From an uncultured Sphingobacteriales bacterium (lineage in GTDB: Bacteria > Bacteroidota > Bacteroidia > CAILMK01 > CAYYUA01), in assembly GCA_964474835.1 (NCBI GenBank), contig CAYYUA010000002.1:24490-88489 (forward strand): a DNA stretch of 64,000 nucleotides, read 5' to 3'. Shown here piece after piece: positions 63,639 to 64,000 of the stretch; the stretch's first letter is position 1, and the number at the start of each line of letters is the position of its first letter. The translations under genes and the position numbers were made by a program. The notes under the pieces were generated by a model. It was not told where the DNA came from. It was given only the letters and a program-made list of their open reading frames with translations, and made no database searches.

Positions 63639-64000
63639 ATGGCTCGTATTAAGGGGATAGACCTACCTAAGGATAAGAAAGGTAAAATCGGACTAACCTA
63701 TATTTTCGGCATTGGCCATACGCTGGCTAACCAAATACTGCGTGAAGCGAAGGTTGATCCGGATACCCGGGTGAGAGAGTGGGATGATGACCAGCTAGCA
63801 AGTATCCGGGAGGTTATTAACAACAATTACCGGGCAGAAGGAGAACTCAGGGGTGAAATTCAGACTAATATCAAACGCCTGACCGACATTGGTTGCTACC
63901 GCGGTATTCGTCATCGTAAGAGTCTTCCTGCCCACGGGCAACGGACTCGTACAAATTCGCGCACCAGAAAAGGGCGTAAGCGTACAGTCGCTAACAAGAA
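63639..64000 (+). CDS. rpsM: 30S ribosomal protein uS13 (3' end beyond the window)
   Basis: [34 protein letters not shown]...[27 protein letters not shown]..., truncated by the window edge. Confidence 0.95.
   Translation, partial: MARIKGIDLPKDKKGKIGLTYIFGIGHTLANQILREAKVDPDTRVREWDDDQLASIREVINNNYRAEGELRGEIQTNIKRLTDIGCYRGIRHRKSLPAHGQRTRTNSRTRKGRKRTVANK

Overview
This window looks like core genome from a Bacteroidota / FCB-group bacterium. Three things support that lineage: TTTG-N20-TAnnTTTG promoter boxes, T9SS-type and PorV-type outer-membrane proteins, and a DUF3467 gene after rpoC. I call about 76 CDS, 5 tRNAs, 4 terminators/attenuators and 5 promoter candidates.

The right half (34.7-64 kb) is an uninterrupted translation/transcription supercluster on the + strand: rpsU-xer-hpf, tRNA Thr-Tyr-Gly-Thr, tuf, tRNA-Trp, secE-nusG-rplKAJL-rpoBC, DUF3467, rpsLG-fusA, then the S10/spc operons through secY, infA, rpmJ and partial rpsM.

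The left half is mostly housekeeping: efp, fabH-plsX-rpmF-yceD, pdxA, rsmA, mgtE, greA, ruvC, groESL, secG, lptE-like, miaB and an acyl-CoA dehydrogenase.

I found no CRISPR array, IS element, prophage, toxin-antitoxin pair or recognisable defence system, and I do not want to over-claim a novel system. The candidates for undescribed biology, in order of interest, are:
1. A tightly packed three-gene outer-membrane module at 7.8-16.5 kb: a giant TonB-dependent-receptor-like barrel, a 1274-aa secreted protein with a T9SS-like C-terminal domain, and a PorV/PorQ-like barrel. It has no SusD partner.
2. A translationally coupled membrane cluster at 18.1-21.8 kb: a flippase-like protein, a processive-type GT2, a 90-aa unknown and an orphan OppC-like permease.
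3. A bacterial homologue of eukaryotic GTDC1 (DUF3524 glycosyltransferase) at 21.8-22.9 kb.
4. A sensor-less sigma-54 activator with a GAFTSA variant motif.

All family assignments come from reading the translations by eye. No searches were run.
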